This document shows, in pieces, positions 37,986 through 48,354 of a stretch of DNA of 55,028 nucleotides. Location of the stretch: positions 1-55,028 of the forward strand of contig CAXEHI010000047.1 in NCBI GenBank assembly GCA_963996465.1, written 5' to 3'. A program made the translations under genes and the position numbers. This stretch comes from an uncultured Thermoplasmata archaeon (GTDB taxonomy: Archaea; Thermoplasmatota; Poseidoniia; MGIII; CG-Epi1). The stretch's first letter is position 1. Each line of letters starts with the position of its first letter. Below the pieces are notes generated by a model. That model did no database searches and was not told the DNA's origin. It worked only from the letters and a program-made list of their open reading frames with translations.

Positions 37986-39302
37986 TTGACAAAAGAAAAA
38001 ATACCATTACCATCTAAACTTATTGATGATTCTCTAAAGGAAACAGGTTTCTCATCTGATAATCTCGCTATAAGGGAGGTAAACCGTTTAGTTAATATTC
38101 TTGAAGACAAAACAGGTATCGATTTCATACGTATGGAGTTCGGCATACCGAACATTCCTCCTCCTGATTTTGTTAAAGAGGTAGAGCAAGAAGCCATGAG
38201 TCAAGGCGTACACGGGGCCTACCCTCCTTTTGACGGAATTCCTGAATTAAAACAAGCAGGTTCACGTTTCTTCGAAGCATTTTTCAATGTAAAAACTCCA
38301 ACGAGTTCGATAATACCAACATGCGGTTCAATGCAAGGGGGATTCATTTCTCAACAGCTTGCGGGAAATCTTTTTCCCAATAGAAAAAAAATACTGTTTT
38401 TAGATCCAACTTTTCCTGTATCGAAATTACAAGCTCGTTTCTTAGGTCTTGAAACAGAAGGTATCGATCTCTATGATTGTAGGGGCGATTCCTTACTTTC
38501 AGCTATAAGAAAAAAATTCGAAGAAGGAAACATTGGAGGTCTTTTATGGTCTTCTCCAAACAATCCTTCCTGGGTCTGTTTGAGGCCTAGTGAGTTACAA
38601 GGCATAGCTGAATTATGTGACAAGTATAAAGTTCTAGCAATAGAAGATCAAGCATACATAGGTATGGATTTTCGCCAAGATTATTCCACCCCTTTTACAG
38701 AACCATTTATACCTTCAGTAGCACAGTATGGTGATTATTGGGTAACACTCATCTCTTCTTCAAAGGCGTTTTCTTACCCAGGTCCAAGATGTGCCATATC
38801 AGTCATATCTCCTGCTCTTGTAGATATGAATTTTCCAAATCTAAAAGATAAATGCGGTTCTGAAACATTTGGACATTCCTTTTCACACGGGGGGTTGTAT
38901 GTTACCACTTCTGGTGTTAGCCATGTATCACAACACGGTCTATCATCTTTACTCAATGCCGCTTGTGACGGTTCTTTTAATTTCGTTGAACATACACGAG
39001 AATACAGTTCTCGTTCCGAAGAGATTTGTAAAATATTTACCAATCACGGGTTCAATCAAGTCTATAAAACAGACATTGACGTTCCAGTAGGGAATGGATT
39101 TTTCTTGACAATGAGCTATCCAGAGTTTACCGGTAATGACTTACTAAAAGAATTACTTAGATATGGTATTTCAACAACTACACTTTCTAGTTCAGGCTCT
39201 TCTAGGAACGAAGGATTACGAATTTGTGTTTCATTCGTAAAGCCCACCGAAATCTCTTTACTAGAGCAGCGTTTGAAGCATTTCGCGGAGGATCATATTT
39301 GA
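37986..39302 (+). CDS. PLP-dependent aminotransferase class I/II
   Basis: PNNPSW, EDQAY, SSSKAFSYPGPR, LRIC. Confidence 0.9.
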   Translation: MTKEKIPLPSKLIDDSLKETGFSSDNLAIREVNRLVNILEDKTGIDFIRMEFGIPNIPPPDFVKEVEQEAMSQGVHGAYPPFDGIPELKQAGSRFFEAFFNVKTPTSSIIPTCGSMQGGFISQQLAGNLFPNRKKILFLDPTFPVSKLQARFLGLETEGIDLYDCRGDSLLSAIRKKFEEGNIGGLLWSSPNNPSWVCLRPSELQGIAELCDKYKVLAIEDQAYIGMDFRQDYSTPFTEPFIPSVAQYGDYWVTLISSSKAFSYPGPRCAISVISPALVDMNFPNLKDKCGSETFGHSFSHGGLYVTTSGVSHVSQHGLSSLLNAACDGSFNFVEHTREYSSRSEEICKIFTNHGFNQVYKTDIDVPVGNGFFLTMSYPEFTGNDLLKELLRYGISTTTLSSSGSSRNEGLRICVSFVKPTEISLLEQRLKHFAEDHI

Positions 39303-40321
39303 AACCAGAAGATATAGATTTTGACAACTTATCCTTTTCACATACGCCAACTCGTTCAATGTATATTTCTAAAAGAAAATTAAACGATGATGGCTGGGAG
39401 AAAGGAGATTTATTTCCTTTCGGTGAAATATCTCTCTCCCCCGCTGCAGGCGTTCTAAACTACGGCCAAGGGCTTTTTGAGGGTATGAAAGCCTACAAAG
39501 GACGCAATGGTAAACCTAGGCTCTTTCGTCCTCAGATGAATGCTAGTAGAATGGCAGAAGGGTGTTCTAGATTAGCAATCCCACCTATATCAGAAGACGT
39601 TTTTCTTGATGGGGTTATGAAAACAGTATTAGACAATCAAGATTACATACCAACTCCAGAACAAGGTGCTCTTTACATAAGACCTTTAACGATAGGCAAT
39701 GGCCCAATTGTCGGCGTAGCCCCTTCTCCAGAATTCACATTTTTAGTATATGTACAACCAGTAGCTCCTTACTTCAAGGGAAGTCTCAAACCAATAGATT
39801 TAATTGTAACTAATAAATATCATAGGGCGGCTCTAAAAGGGACAGGCGGTGTAAAAGCTATAGGAAATTACGTGGCCGGTATGAAACCTGCTGGCGAAGC
39901 TAAAAGCGCAGGTTACTCCGAAGTTATCTATCTGGATGCAGCAGAAGAAAAATACGTCGAAGAGGTTGGTGCCGCTAATTTCTTTGCATTATTTGGAGAT
40001 ACATTAGTCACTCCTATGTTAACAGGTTCAATCCTTCCAGGTGTGACTAGGGACTCTACTATGCACTTAGCTTTGAATCAATTCGGTATCAAAACAGAGG
40101 AAAGGAGAATAACAATAGAGGAAGCACTTACTGCCGATGAGGCGTTTTGCGCAGGCACTGCTGCAATTCTAACTCCTATTGGAAAAATAAATTATAAAGA
40201 AGAAGATTACATTTTTTCAGACGGCCAAGTCGGCAAAACAACTAAAAAACTCTACGACGCTTTAACAAGTATCCAATTTGGTGATGTGTCTGATCCTTAT
40301 GATTGGATAGTAGAATTGTGA
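39299..40321 (+). CDS. ilvE: Branched-chain amino acid aminotransferase
   Basis: YGQGLFEGMKA, LYIRP, KAIGNY, EEVGAANF, ILPGVTR, GTAA. Likely TTG at 39299 after GGAGG. Confidence 0.93.
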   Translation: MKPEDIDFDNLSFSHTPTRSMYISKRKLNDDGWEKGDLFPFGEISLSPAAGVLNYGQGLFEGMKAYKGRNGKPRLFRPQMNASRMAEGCSRLAIPPISEDVFLDGVMKTVLDNQDYIPTPEQGALYIRPLTIGNGPIVGVAPSPEFTFLVYVQPVAPYFKGSLKPIDLIVTNKYHRAALKGTGGVKAIGNYVAGMKPAGEAKSAGYSEVIYLDAAEEKYVEEVGAANFFALFGDTLVTPMLTGSILPGVTRDSTMHLALNQFGIKTEERRITIEEALTADEAFCAGTAAILTPIGKINYKEEDYIFSDGQVGKTTKKLYDALTSIQFGDVSDPYDWIVEL

Positions 40322-40322
40322 A

Positions 40323-41246
40323 ATGGTTTCTACAGTACCGTCAGCCTTTATCGAACGTTACGCCCCAATAAGTGGCAATGTATCGAAGTTTACTGAATAC
40401 CTTTCTAAGTCACTTCCTCGTTCTTTTCGAGTGAATACTATCAAAAGCAATTCTACGGATGTAGTACAACGCTTAGAGGGTGATGGGTTCAATCTATCTC
40501 CAGTTCCATGGTATAAAGATGCCTTCATTTCAAATTCCGATAAGAGATTAGGCACAACACTTGAACATTTTTTAGGAGAAATTTACATTCAAGAATTAAC
40601 GTCAATGTTGCCCCCTATATTTCTCAAAGATGAAATAAAAAATGCCAACTCGATTTTAGATGCATGCGCAGCTCCAGGATCAAAAGCCACTCAAATCGCA
40701 GCATTGATGGATAACAAAGGTACACTGATTTCTAACGATTTAAAGTATCAAAGAATCAAGGCCCTTAGAGGCAATATCGATCGTTTAGGAGTTTTGAACA
40801 CGGCCGTTACAAATTACGATTTCCGCTCATTTCCAAATCTAAAATTTGATGTAATACTTCTTGATGCGCCATGTAGTTCTGAAGGGATGTGTAGAAAAGA
40901 TCCATCATTTTTTAATAGATGGAATGAAAGAAGATATTCTTACTTTAGTGGCATTCAAAAAACTCTGATTGCCAAGGCTTTCAGCATGCTTAATGAAGGA
41001 GGAACGTTACTCTACTCTACCTGTACCTTTTCACCTGAAGAAAATGAAGCGATTGTAAACACTTTACTTGATAACAAATCAGCAGAATTAATTCCTTTAT
41101 CTCTACCAAATTTAATCTCTTCCAATGGTATTACAGAATGGAACGGAACTCATTATTCTTCAGAATTATCAAAATCTCTGCGAATTTGGCCACATCAAAA
41201 CAATACCGACGGGTTCTTCATATCTAAAATAATTAAAAATGCATAA
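40323..41246 (+). CDS. RsmB/NOP2 family RNA m5C methyltransferase
   Basis: DACAAPGSK, LDAPCS, YSTCT..EENE. Confidence 0.93.
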   Translation: MVSTVPSAFIERYAPISGNVSKFTEYLSKSLPRSFRVNTIKSNSTDVVQRLEGDGFNLSPVPWYKDAFISNSDKRLGTTLEHFLGEIYIQELTSMLPPIFLKDEIKNANSILDACAAPGSKATQIAALMDNKGTLISNDLKYQRIKALRGNIDRLGVLNTAVTNYDFRSFPNLKFDVILLDAPCSSEGMCRKDPSFFNRWNERRYSYFSGIQKTLIAKAFSMLNEGGTLLYSTCTFSPEENEAIVNTLLDNKSAELIPLSLPNLISSNGITEWNGTHYSSELSKSLRIWPHQNNTDGFFISKIIKNA

Positions 41247-41700
41247 AATCAACAACGAAATGGAACAAGAAATATACAAATATCTCAATGATAGATTCGG
41301 ACTCAGTAAAGTTCTTTTTTCATCATATTCATGGTATACTGGAAATTCTAGTAATATTTATTTAGGTCCAAAAACGATTGAAAGTAAAATAAATATCTCA
41401 AGTGCAGGCATTGTTGCACTTCGAAAATCTAAAACTTACAAACCAACAACCAATTTTCTTCAACTCTTCGGCGCATATATTAAAAAAAGCATATTCAACA
41501 TATCTTTGAAAGAAACTATCGATTTTTGTCAAGGAAAGAATATCATTCCTAACAGTTTTGATTATGAGCACCTGATACCTGGATTTGTAGCGGTCGCTTA
41601 TGAAAAAAGAATTCTTGGTTGCGGACATTGGAATGGAGAAACACTCTCCTGTTTAATTCCAAAATCCCGTCGAACTTATTTATCTACTGCGATTCAATAA
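41239..41700 (+). CDS. NIP7/RsmF C-terminal (PUA-like) partner protein
   Basis: KPTTNFLQLFG, LGCG; overlaps the methyltransferase gene. Confidence 0.7.
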   Translation: MHKINNEMEQEIYKYLNDRFGLSKVLFSSYSWYTGNSSNIYLGPKTIESKINISSAGIVALRKSKTYKPTTNFLQLFGAYIKKSIFNISLKETIDFCQGKNIIPNSFDYEHLIPGFVAVAYEKRILGCGHWNGETLSCLIPKSRRTYLSTAIQ

Positions 41701-43201
41701 ATTCTCTCTTACCTAGCAAGTGCCTCAATGCATCTTCTAATCTTTCATGTCTAAATTCATATCCACTTTCAATTATCTTATTCGAATTTATTTTATTACT
41801 AGCTAGTAGTAATATCTCTCCCATTTCTCCCATTATGTTCTTAACAATAGATTCAGGAAGGGTCATCATATCTGGCCTCCACATGATGTCGCACAGTGTT
41901 TTGGAAAATTCTTTTTGCCTAACTGGAAACGGGGCCGTTACATTGTATTTCCCCTTCATTTCACTATTCATCATTGCATGATAAATACTTCCTATGGCGT
42001 CATCAATTGAAACCCAACTCCACCACTGTTCTCCACCAATTCTACTCCCTAATCCAAAATTAACAGGAAGCATCATTCTTTCTAGGGCTCCACCTTCTGG
42101 AGTAAGAACTATTCCAAATCTCATGTTTACAGTTCTTATTCCAATCCCACTGGCATATTCTGTAGCCTTTTCCCATCCTTTCACCACATCGGGAAAAAAT
42201 CCACCCCCAGCTCCACTAGTTTCATCAAGGAATTCATTTCCCCGGTCTCCATAATATCCTATCGCAGAAGCAGAAATTAACGCCTTTACAGGTTTAACCA
42301 TCATCGATATTTTCCTACATAATAAACCAGTTCCAAGAACCCGGCTTTCGTATATCTCTTCTTTCTTTTTCCGACTCCATCTAATTTTAGATCCTACAGG
42401 CTCGCCAGCTAAGTGTACTATTATATCCAATCCTTCTAACGAATCAATTTCTCCAGTTTTAGGATTCCAATATATTTCATTTTCCTTAGGGCTACTCCTA
42501 ACAATTCTCGTTACCTTATGTCCACAAGTCGTAAGGAAAGGTATCAACGCAGTACCGATTAACCCATGACTGCCTGTTATACCAACATTCATCGATTTTC
42601 CTCGGTATTTGTTAGCTATTTTGAAATCTTCATATACAGTTGAATGTCGATACTCCAGAAGTTGTTCAACTCTATTTTTTACATACTTTCTAGAAAAAAT
42701 CTTACCAACTAAACCTAAAGGAATCCTACAATCAATTCTATCAGTCATTTTTGTAAATCCTTTCTTCGATTCATTGAATAAGTGAGTATGTTCCCACATA
42801 GGAAATGGCCCTTCTATTTGCACATCTTTGAATTTACTATTTTTTTTATATTCGCAATGTTGCACTAACATTTTTATTTGCAGAGGTCCAATTTTTACTC
42901 TCATATCTACCTCCCCATCTACAATTCCTCCTTCTCTCTTAATTATTTCTACAGGATCCCATGTAGGGGTTAATCTTTCAAAAGCTCCAGGTTTTTCGTG
43001 CCATTCAAATAAATCTTCTACATTCGTTTCTATCTCTACATTTTTCTCAAATCTTTCTTCAGTGTCTAAAATGGGATATAAAATTTTGATTCCCATCATG
43101 GCTGAAAATAACGATAGCGCCATGTCTGGAGTTAAAAATAACGATATAATTATCAATAAAAATCCAATAATAAATGTCCGATATTCAGAACGTATAAGCA
43201 T
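41684..43201 (-). CDS. Membrane-anchored SRPBCC + TIGR01777-type NAD(P)-dependent epimerase/SDR fusion
   Basis: N-terminal hydrophobic segment; LFEWHEKPGAFERLTP, GPF..WEHTH; TGSHGLIG, HLAGE, SASAIGYYG. Confidence 0.85.
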   Translation of the reverse strand: MLIRSEYRTFIIGFLLIIISLFLTPDMALSLFSAMMGIKILYPILDTEERFEKNVEIETNVEDLFEWHEKPGAFERLTPTWDPVEIIKREGGIVDGEVDMRVKIGPLQIKMLVQHCEYKKNSKFKDVQIEGPFPMWEHTHLFNESKKGFTKMTDRIDCRIPLGLVGKIFSRKYVKNRVEQLLEYRHSTVYEDFKIANKYRGKSMNVGITGSHGLIGTALIPFLTTCGHKVTRIVRSSPKENEIYWNPKTGEIDSLEGLDIIVHLAGEPVGSKIRWSRKKKEEIYESRVLGTGLLCRKISMMVKPVKALISASAIGYYGDRGNEFLDETSGAGGGFFPDVVKGWEKATEYASGIGIRTVNMRFGIVLTPEGGALERMMLPVNFGLGSRIGGEQWWSWVSIDDAIGSIYHAMMNSEMKGKYNVTAPFPVRQKEFSKTLCDIMWRPDMMTLPESIVKNIMGEMGEILLLASNKINSNKIIESGYEFRHERLEDALRHLLGKREFIESQ

Positions 43202-43203
43202 GT

Positions 43204-44925
43204 TTAGATATCGCCTCGCTCCACAACTTCTAATTCAACATTTTGGTTTTTTAATTCTAATTTAATCATATCTCTTGTATTTATTTCATAACAAGGATTG
43301 TCATTAAATGAATGAGCATAAGGTATCTTCAGCAATGAGCACGCAGGTATCATTTGCTGATCCAAATTTGAATTTACAATTGCTTTAGGCCCCTTTCCTC
43401 TATAAAATAATTCCATTAATACGTAAGGAGCTACACTGGATCCACTACCTTTAGGAAAAATCAAAATTTTATCAGTAATCGTTTCACCATCTAAAGGGTG
43501 CCCCCTTTCTTCAATTTTTCCCGTTTCCCGATTAACATATCCTAAGAACGTTATTGGCACATCCGTTACCATTGCTTCTCCTTCTATATTCCATTCTTTT
43601 TGAGATTTCAATCCCTTTCCAAAAATTTTACAAGCACCTTTTCTGTATTTTTTATTACTATTTTTTTCAATTATTTTAACATCAGGTTCCACGTTTTTTA
43701 CTATTTTCTTTTGAGGTCTTGCAGCTACTTCAATACAATCTTTTAATCTCATTACAGACGTAGGTATATTGTTTAATCCAGATGTCAAGTAATGCTCTGC
43801 TTTCAATGAATTTGTAAGTATATGTTTTACTTTTTCCCTATCATACGGTACTACTTCTGGGCAAGTATTTTTCAACATCATTGCCCCCGATGCTTCTATA
43901 CTCTCTACAATCCCTTCTTCATAAGCTCGTTCATAGTTTCTTTTAGATGTAAAAACCCACAATCTTTTATCTGGAATTTCATTGTTTCTTAGTAGTTTTT
44001 CAGTCTCTTGAATCTCTTCATACGAAGCTTGCGGACATCCAATAACTACCAAATCCACATTTTCTTTAGGCGCCAGTTCTGCATACCTTTTATTCAATTC
44101 TTTTTCAGAGAATATAATCTTTCTCTCACAACAATCTATCTCTTTGTTTTGTTCTGAACAATTCAAATATAACATTGGTGATCCATAGTTCGCAGCGGCC
44201 GCTGTTAATGCCTTTCTACGATAGTAATCGACATCATTTTTTATTCCACATATACAAGGTATGGGACCGTAAGGCATATCCCATTCAGGCGGTATATTTT
44301 TTCCTATCCAATCCCCTAAGATGGAGTAGTCTGTGGGGGTTTCTAATTCACATACAACATTCACACAAAAATTCGGACTTCGATTTGAATCTAATAATAA
44401 TCCATATTCTGGCGTTATTCCACATATGGCAGAAGCCAGAGCAGAGAGTCCCGATTCTCTATTCGTTCTAAGGTCAGTATATGAATTTGCATAACATATC
44501 GCGTTAGATTCTGCCCAAGATGCATTACCCTTTTCAATCTTTTTTTCAACTTCATAAGGCGTACACGACATTGTCATTTCGATACCTAGTTTTTCATAAC
44601 ATTCCAGTATCTCTCTCTGTTTTTTAAGATAATTTTCATAAGGTATATTCATTTCAGTTATTCTATCTTCATCACAACCTGCAGCATTCAATGTAGTCGG
44701 TATACTTATTTTACATTCATCATCTCCTGTTATATCTTCTAAAAATTTAATTAAACCAAATCCACCCGTTAAAGGGGAAACACCAGATACGTGTGCAGAT
44801 TTTATCGAAATCATTTTACTAGCTTTAGCCGCCACTCCTAAATCAACTAACAAACTCATTGCCATTTGGCGACCACGGCCCTTTTCACCGTCCAAAATTT
44901 TCAATTCTTCTGTATTAAGTTCCAC
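43204..44925 (-). CDS. Phosphomevalonate dehydratase (aconitase X), large and small subunits fused
   Basis: SAHVSG, SCTPY, WAESNA, GCPQ, TCP (DUF521), then FLG.V..ETG, FPKGSGSS (DUF126); adjacent to mvk and ubiD. Confidence 0.88.
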   Translation of the reverse strand: MELNTEELKILDGEKGRGRQMAMSLLVDLGVAAKASKMISIKSAHVSGVSPLTGGFGLIKFLEDITGDDECKISIPTTLNAAGCDEDRITEMNIPYENYLKKQREILECYEKLGIEMTMSCTPYEVEKKIEKGNASWAESNAICYANSYTDLRTNRESGLSALASAICGITPEYGLLLDSNRSPNFCVNVVCELETPTDYSILGDWIGKNIPPEWDMPYGPIPCICGIKNDVDYYRRKALTAAAANYGSPMLYLNCSEQNKEIDCCERKIIFSEKELNKRYAELAPKENVDLVVIGCPQASYEEIQETEKLLRNNEIPDKRLWVFTSKRNYERAYEEGIVESIEASGAMMLKNTCPEVVPYDREKVKHILTNSLKAEHYLTSGLNNIPTSVMRLKDCIEVAARPQKKIVKNVEPDVKIIEKNSNKKYRKGACKIFGKGLKSQKEWNIEGEAMVTDVPITFLGYVNRETGKIEERGHPLDGETITDKILIFPKGSGSSVAPYVLMELFYRGKGPKAIVNSNLDQQMIPACSLLKIPYAHSFNDNPCYEINTRDMIKLELKNQNVELEVVERGDI

Positions 44926-44927
44926 AG

Positions 44928-46211
44928 TTAATTGCCTTCTAAGTAATCATCTAGATTAATTCGCATAGCAGGTTCTGGTTTTTGAAAATGTTCCAAGTTT
45001 TTATCAAGAGGTACTGTACAATCAAAACCAACTTTACACGTCTCTCTAGTTTCAATACATGAACTAGGATCCAATGAAGAACCCTTCTCTAATTCTTTAA
45101 CTATCATGTCTTTGTCTCCTTGAAATCGAGTGGCCATTGCCCATTCCACTTCTTCTGCTTTCGTTACATCTATATCGTTATCTACAATCCACACGTGCTT
45201 CAGAGATTTATGACCACGAAAAGCCGCTTCTATTGCTTTTTTTCCATCCTCTTCATCTTTTTTATTAATAGACACAAAAGCATGCAACCACGACCCTCCT
45301 CCCGGCGTAACATTAACATCAACACACTCTACTCCTTTGTTTATTTCATAGAAGATAGTAGGCTCTCTAGGCATCCCCATTAGGACTTTATGTTCTGGAC
45401 CGCCAGGTAACAATGCATGAAAAATAGAATCGTTTCTAGCAAAAATTTTCTTAATCCTTACAACAGGTTGCTTTCTCACAATATCCAATGTTTCAGTTAT
45501 ATCAAGGAACGGCCCTTCATCTGCCTCCTCTCCTGTGAATTCACAAATCATTACAAATTCCGATTCAGGAACCATATGCCCTCCTACTTCTATTAATGGA
45601 GATTCAGAAAGCGCATTCGCTATAGCCATTTCACTAGTGCCTATTTCAAAAGATGTAGCAGCCCCTAGTAAAACAGCCCCAGAAACTCCATTGCAGAATG
45701 CAAATTCATTCACTCCCTCTTCTCTGAACGCTTGTAAATTTCTTGGTAATATGCGGAGAACTAAATGCTCATCATCTATCTTCATCCCTCTATGAAATGA
45801 CATATTCATCCCATATTTTTCACTATGCGCCACTGCAATAGCACTAGCAATGTATGCGCCACCATCTCCTTTTTGATGAGTCAAAATTGGCATGCCTTTT
45901 AGGGTCGGCTCAATTTCTATATATCCTACTTCTGCTTTCTCCATTGGTTCTTTTGGATCATTACCTGCCTTAGCAATCATATGCAGTATGTCTTTTTCTT
46001 CACAATCCAAACTCATTGCAACCAATTCTCGACTAGAACAAATATTAGTAATTACAGGAAATTTACTGCCTTTCACATTTTCAAACATTAATGGACAATC
46101 ACCAGCCTGCTCCATCAATGCTGCAACTTCATATTCAGAAGACACCTCTTTAGTTATCCGCTTCAACATTTTATTTTCATCAAGAATATTAACAAATTTT
46201 CTTAAATTCAT
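44928..46211 (-). CDS. UbiD-family decarboxylase, probable anhydromevalonate phosphate decarboxylase
   Basis: SFHR, EGPF.D, EH..LMG.P.EP, DND.D, WAMATRFQ, SSLDPS; operon context. Confidence 0.88.
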   Translation of the reverse strand: MNLRKFVNILDENKMLKRITKEVSSEYEVAALMEQAGDCPLMFENVKGSKFPVITNICSSRELVAMSLDCEEKDILHMIAKAGNDPKEPMEKAEVGYIEIEPTLKGMPILTHQKGDGGAYIASAIAVAHSEKYGMNMSFHRGMKIDDEHLVLRILPRNLQAFREEGVNEFAFCNGVSGAVLLGAATSFEIGTSEMAIANALSESPLIEVGGHMVPESEFVMICEFTGEEADEGPFLDITETLDIVRKQPVVRIKKIFARNDSIFHALLPGGPEHKVLMGMPREPTIFYEINKGVECVDVNVTPGGGSWLHAFVSINKKDEEDGKKAIEAAFRGHKSLKHVWIVDNDIDVTKAEEVEWAMATRFQGDKDMIVKELEKGSSLDPSSCIETRETCKVGFDCTVPLDKNLEHFQKPEPAMRINLDDYLEGN

Positions 46212-47143
46212 AGTCTAGCACCCACTTTAGTCTTACAAACACTATAACCAGCACCTTCAATAGCGTTTGCTATCATTTTCTGAGTTTCCAACTTGTCCGA
46301 AATCGCAACTACGTTACCTCCTCCACCTTTTCCAGTCAGTTTAGCACCAAGTGCTCCAGCCCTTCTAGTAATTTCAATTATGTTATCCAACTCTGGATGT
46401 GATAACTGCATTTCTATTAATATTTCTTGATTTTTATTCATTAACATTCCAATCTCATCTATATTTCCATTTTGAATATTCTGTTCAGCTTCCTTAACTA
46501 ATTTTCCTATTCTGTCAAATTTATTTTCAAATTCTTTTGGCTTTTCATTAACCATCTCTCTTATATTTTTCACCATTTCCATCGTAGAACTTTCTACACC
46601 ACTTTCTCCTATGATTATATACAAATCTCTTTTTGAATGTAATATTTTTGGAGCTTCCCCCTTTACAAATAATATCGGTTTTTCATAAACAATAACATTA
46701 TTGTCTATACCGCTCGGCGTTCCATGAACAATTTCTTCTGCTCTAAATACAATTTCACTTTCTTCTTCCGCCGTTAGCTCTATTCCGAGATATTCTGCTA
46801 CACACCTACAGACTGCAGCAGAGGTGGCAGCACTACTCCCCATTCCAACTGATTGAGGTATGTCTGATGTTAATTTAACAGTAAAATTTAATTTTTCACT
46901 TTGAGTTTTTTGTATTAATTCATTTATCACAATAGCAAACTGGTGTCTATTCTCATTTTCAATAACAATTTTCTCATTGAGATCTAAAGCGTCAATTTCA
47001 ATTCCTCTTTGATTATTTTCTTCTATCCATGCATATGCTCTGATATCTTCCATTGGTATGGCTATTGCCGGTTGACCGTACACGACTGCATGCTCTCCCA
47101 ACAAAATACTCTTGCCACATGCACTCTGTTCGGCAATCTTCAT
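46208..47143 (-). CDS. mvk: Mevalonate kinase
   Basis: GK.IL.GEHAVVYG, P..GMGSSAA, HGTPSGIDN, KLTG.GGGG. Confidence 0.93.
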   Translation of the reverse strand: MKIAEQSACGKSILLGEHAVVYGQPAIAIPMEDIRAYAWIEENNQRGIEIDALDLNEKIVIENENRHQFAIVINELIQKTQSEKLNFTVKLTSDIPQSVGMGSSAATSAAVCRCVAEYLGIELTAEEESEIVFRAEEIVHGTPSGIDNNVIVYEKPILFVKGEAPKILHSKRDLYIIIGESGVESSTMEMVKNIREMVNEKPKEFENKFDRIGKLVKEAEQNIQNGNIDEIGMLMNKNQEILIEMQLSHPELDNIIEITRRAGALGAKLTGKGGGGNVVAISDKLETQKMIANAIEGAGYSVCKTKVGARL

Positions 47144-47234
47144 AATTAGATAGGATAAAGTGGGGGTTTTACCAATATTCTTTCTAAAATATGCAACCTA
47201 AACTAATAGTAGTCCCCTCTCTTAATCGCATTCT

Positions 47235-47801
47235 ATGGAAAGAATAGTTGTAGGAATTAGCGGTGCATCAGGGTTACCTTATGCCATCCGTCTTTTAGAA
47301 ATTCTAAAGCCTTTAGATTTCGAAACACATTTAGTTTCCACTGATTCCGCTAAGCTGGTACATAAACATGAATGCCAAGGTGTTTGGCAAGATGTTTTGG
47401 ATTTAGCTGACGTAGTTCATGAAAATGAAAACGTAGCCGCTAGTATAGCTTCAGGGTCTTTCAAAGCCAAAGCCATGGTCATAATCCCTTGTTCAGGTAC
47501 AACATTAGGTAAGATTGCATCAGGGGTTTCTGATAACCTCTTAACACGATCTGCTACAGTTATGTTGAAAGAGAGAAGAAAACTAATTCTAGTTCCACGT
47601 GAAACTCCATTAAGCACAATATACATAGAGAATATGTTAAAGATAGCTCAAGCCGGTGCTATTATGGTTCCAGCTATGCCGGCCTTCTATAATTTACCAA
47701 AGACCATAGAAGATAATGTCAATTTTATTGTCGGCAGAGTTCTCGATGTTTTAGATATAGATACAAACATATTCAAACGTTGGGAAGGTCCAAAAGATTA
47801 A
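47235..47801 (+). CDS. ubiX: Flavin prenyltransferase UbiX
   Basis: GISGASG, IASGS, PCS, LKERR, RETP, PAFY. Confidence 0.95.
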   Translation: MERIVVGISGASGLPYAIRLLEILKPLDFETHLVSTDSAKLVHKHECQGVWQDVLDLADVVHENENVAASIASGSFKAKAMVIIPCSGTTLGKIASGVSDNLLTRSATVMLKERRKLILVPRETPLSTIYIENMLKIAQAGAIMVPAMPAFYNLPKTIEDNVNFIVGRVLDVLDIDTNIFKRWEGPKD

Positions 47802-47802
47802 T

Positions 47803-48237
47803 CTAAATTGTGATTATATCTGGCTCTTTGTCTAGAGGTTTTCTTCCTTCAAAACCATCTTCTACATTGTGCCAATGAGTCATTTTTTTCTCTCCAAGTC
47901 TATGACACAAATAAACTGGTTGCTCTCCTCTCATTGCTGGAAAATCTACTATTCCTAATATCGAATCCTTTACGTTCAATCCCATATTCGTTATTTCACC
48001 TTCTAGCTTATCCATCTCTCTAACGTTAATATCCAACGTTCCTTTAATCTCCTTCAATTCATCTATCGCATTCGGGTGAGTTCCTTCTTCCATTACTTCA
48101 TCTAAAATTTCGTTTGCCTGTTCTTCAAGGAGTTTCTGTTTAACACTCGTATCAACTAATTTCTGCAAAAGTATGTCCACAGTAGGCAAAAGTTCCTCCG
48201 CCTCCTCCGTAGTAAAAACCCGAACTATACCTGACAT
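47803..48237 (-). CDS. DUF2203 family protein
   Basis: FT.EEA..LLP, VKD..G.VDFP, YLC..GE, WH...GF.GR. Confidence 0.85.
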   Translation of the reverse strand: MSGIVRVFTTEEAEELLPTVDILLQKLVDTSVKQKLLEEQANEILDEVMEEGTHPNAIDELKEIKGTLDINVREMDKLEGEITNMGLNVKDSILGIVDFPAMRGEQPVYLCHRLGEKKMTHWHNVEDGFEGRKPLDKEPDIITI

Positions 48238-48354
48238 TCGGACATACCAATTGCCCATAGACTTTAAATCGTAACGTATACCTTTATAATCCCCAAGCCA
48301 AAAAAACTATTAATCCACTCTTTTTAGTGCAGTATCTACTCCGAAGCCTCTACT

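Noticed and set aside
39224-39298. Long N-terminal extension of IlvE from the ORF track
   Set aside because: It overlaps the upstream gene; TTG 39299 has a GGAGG SD and matches the family start.
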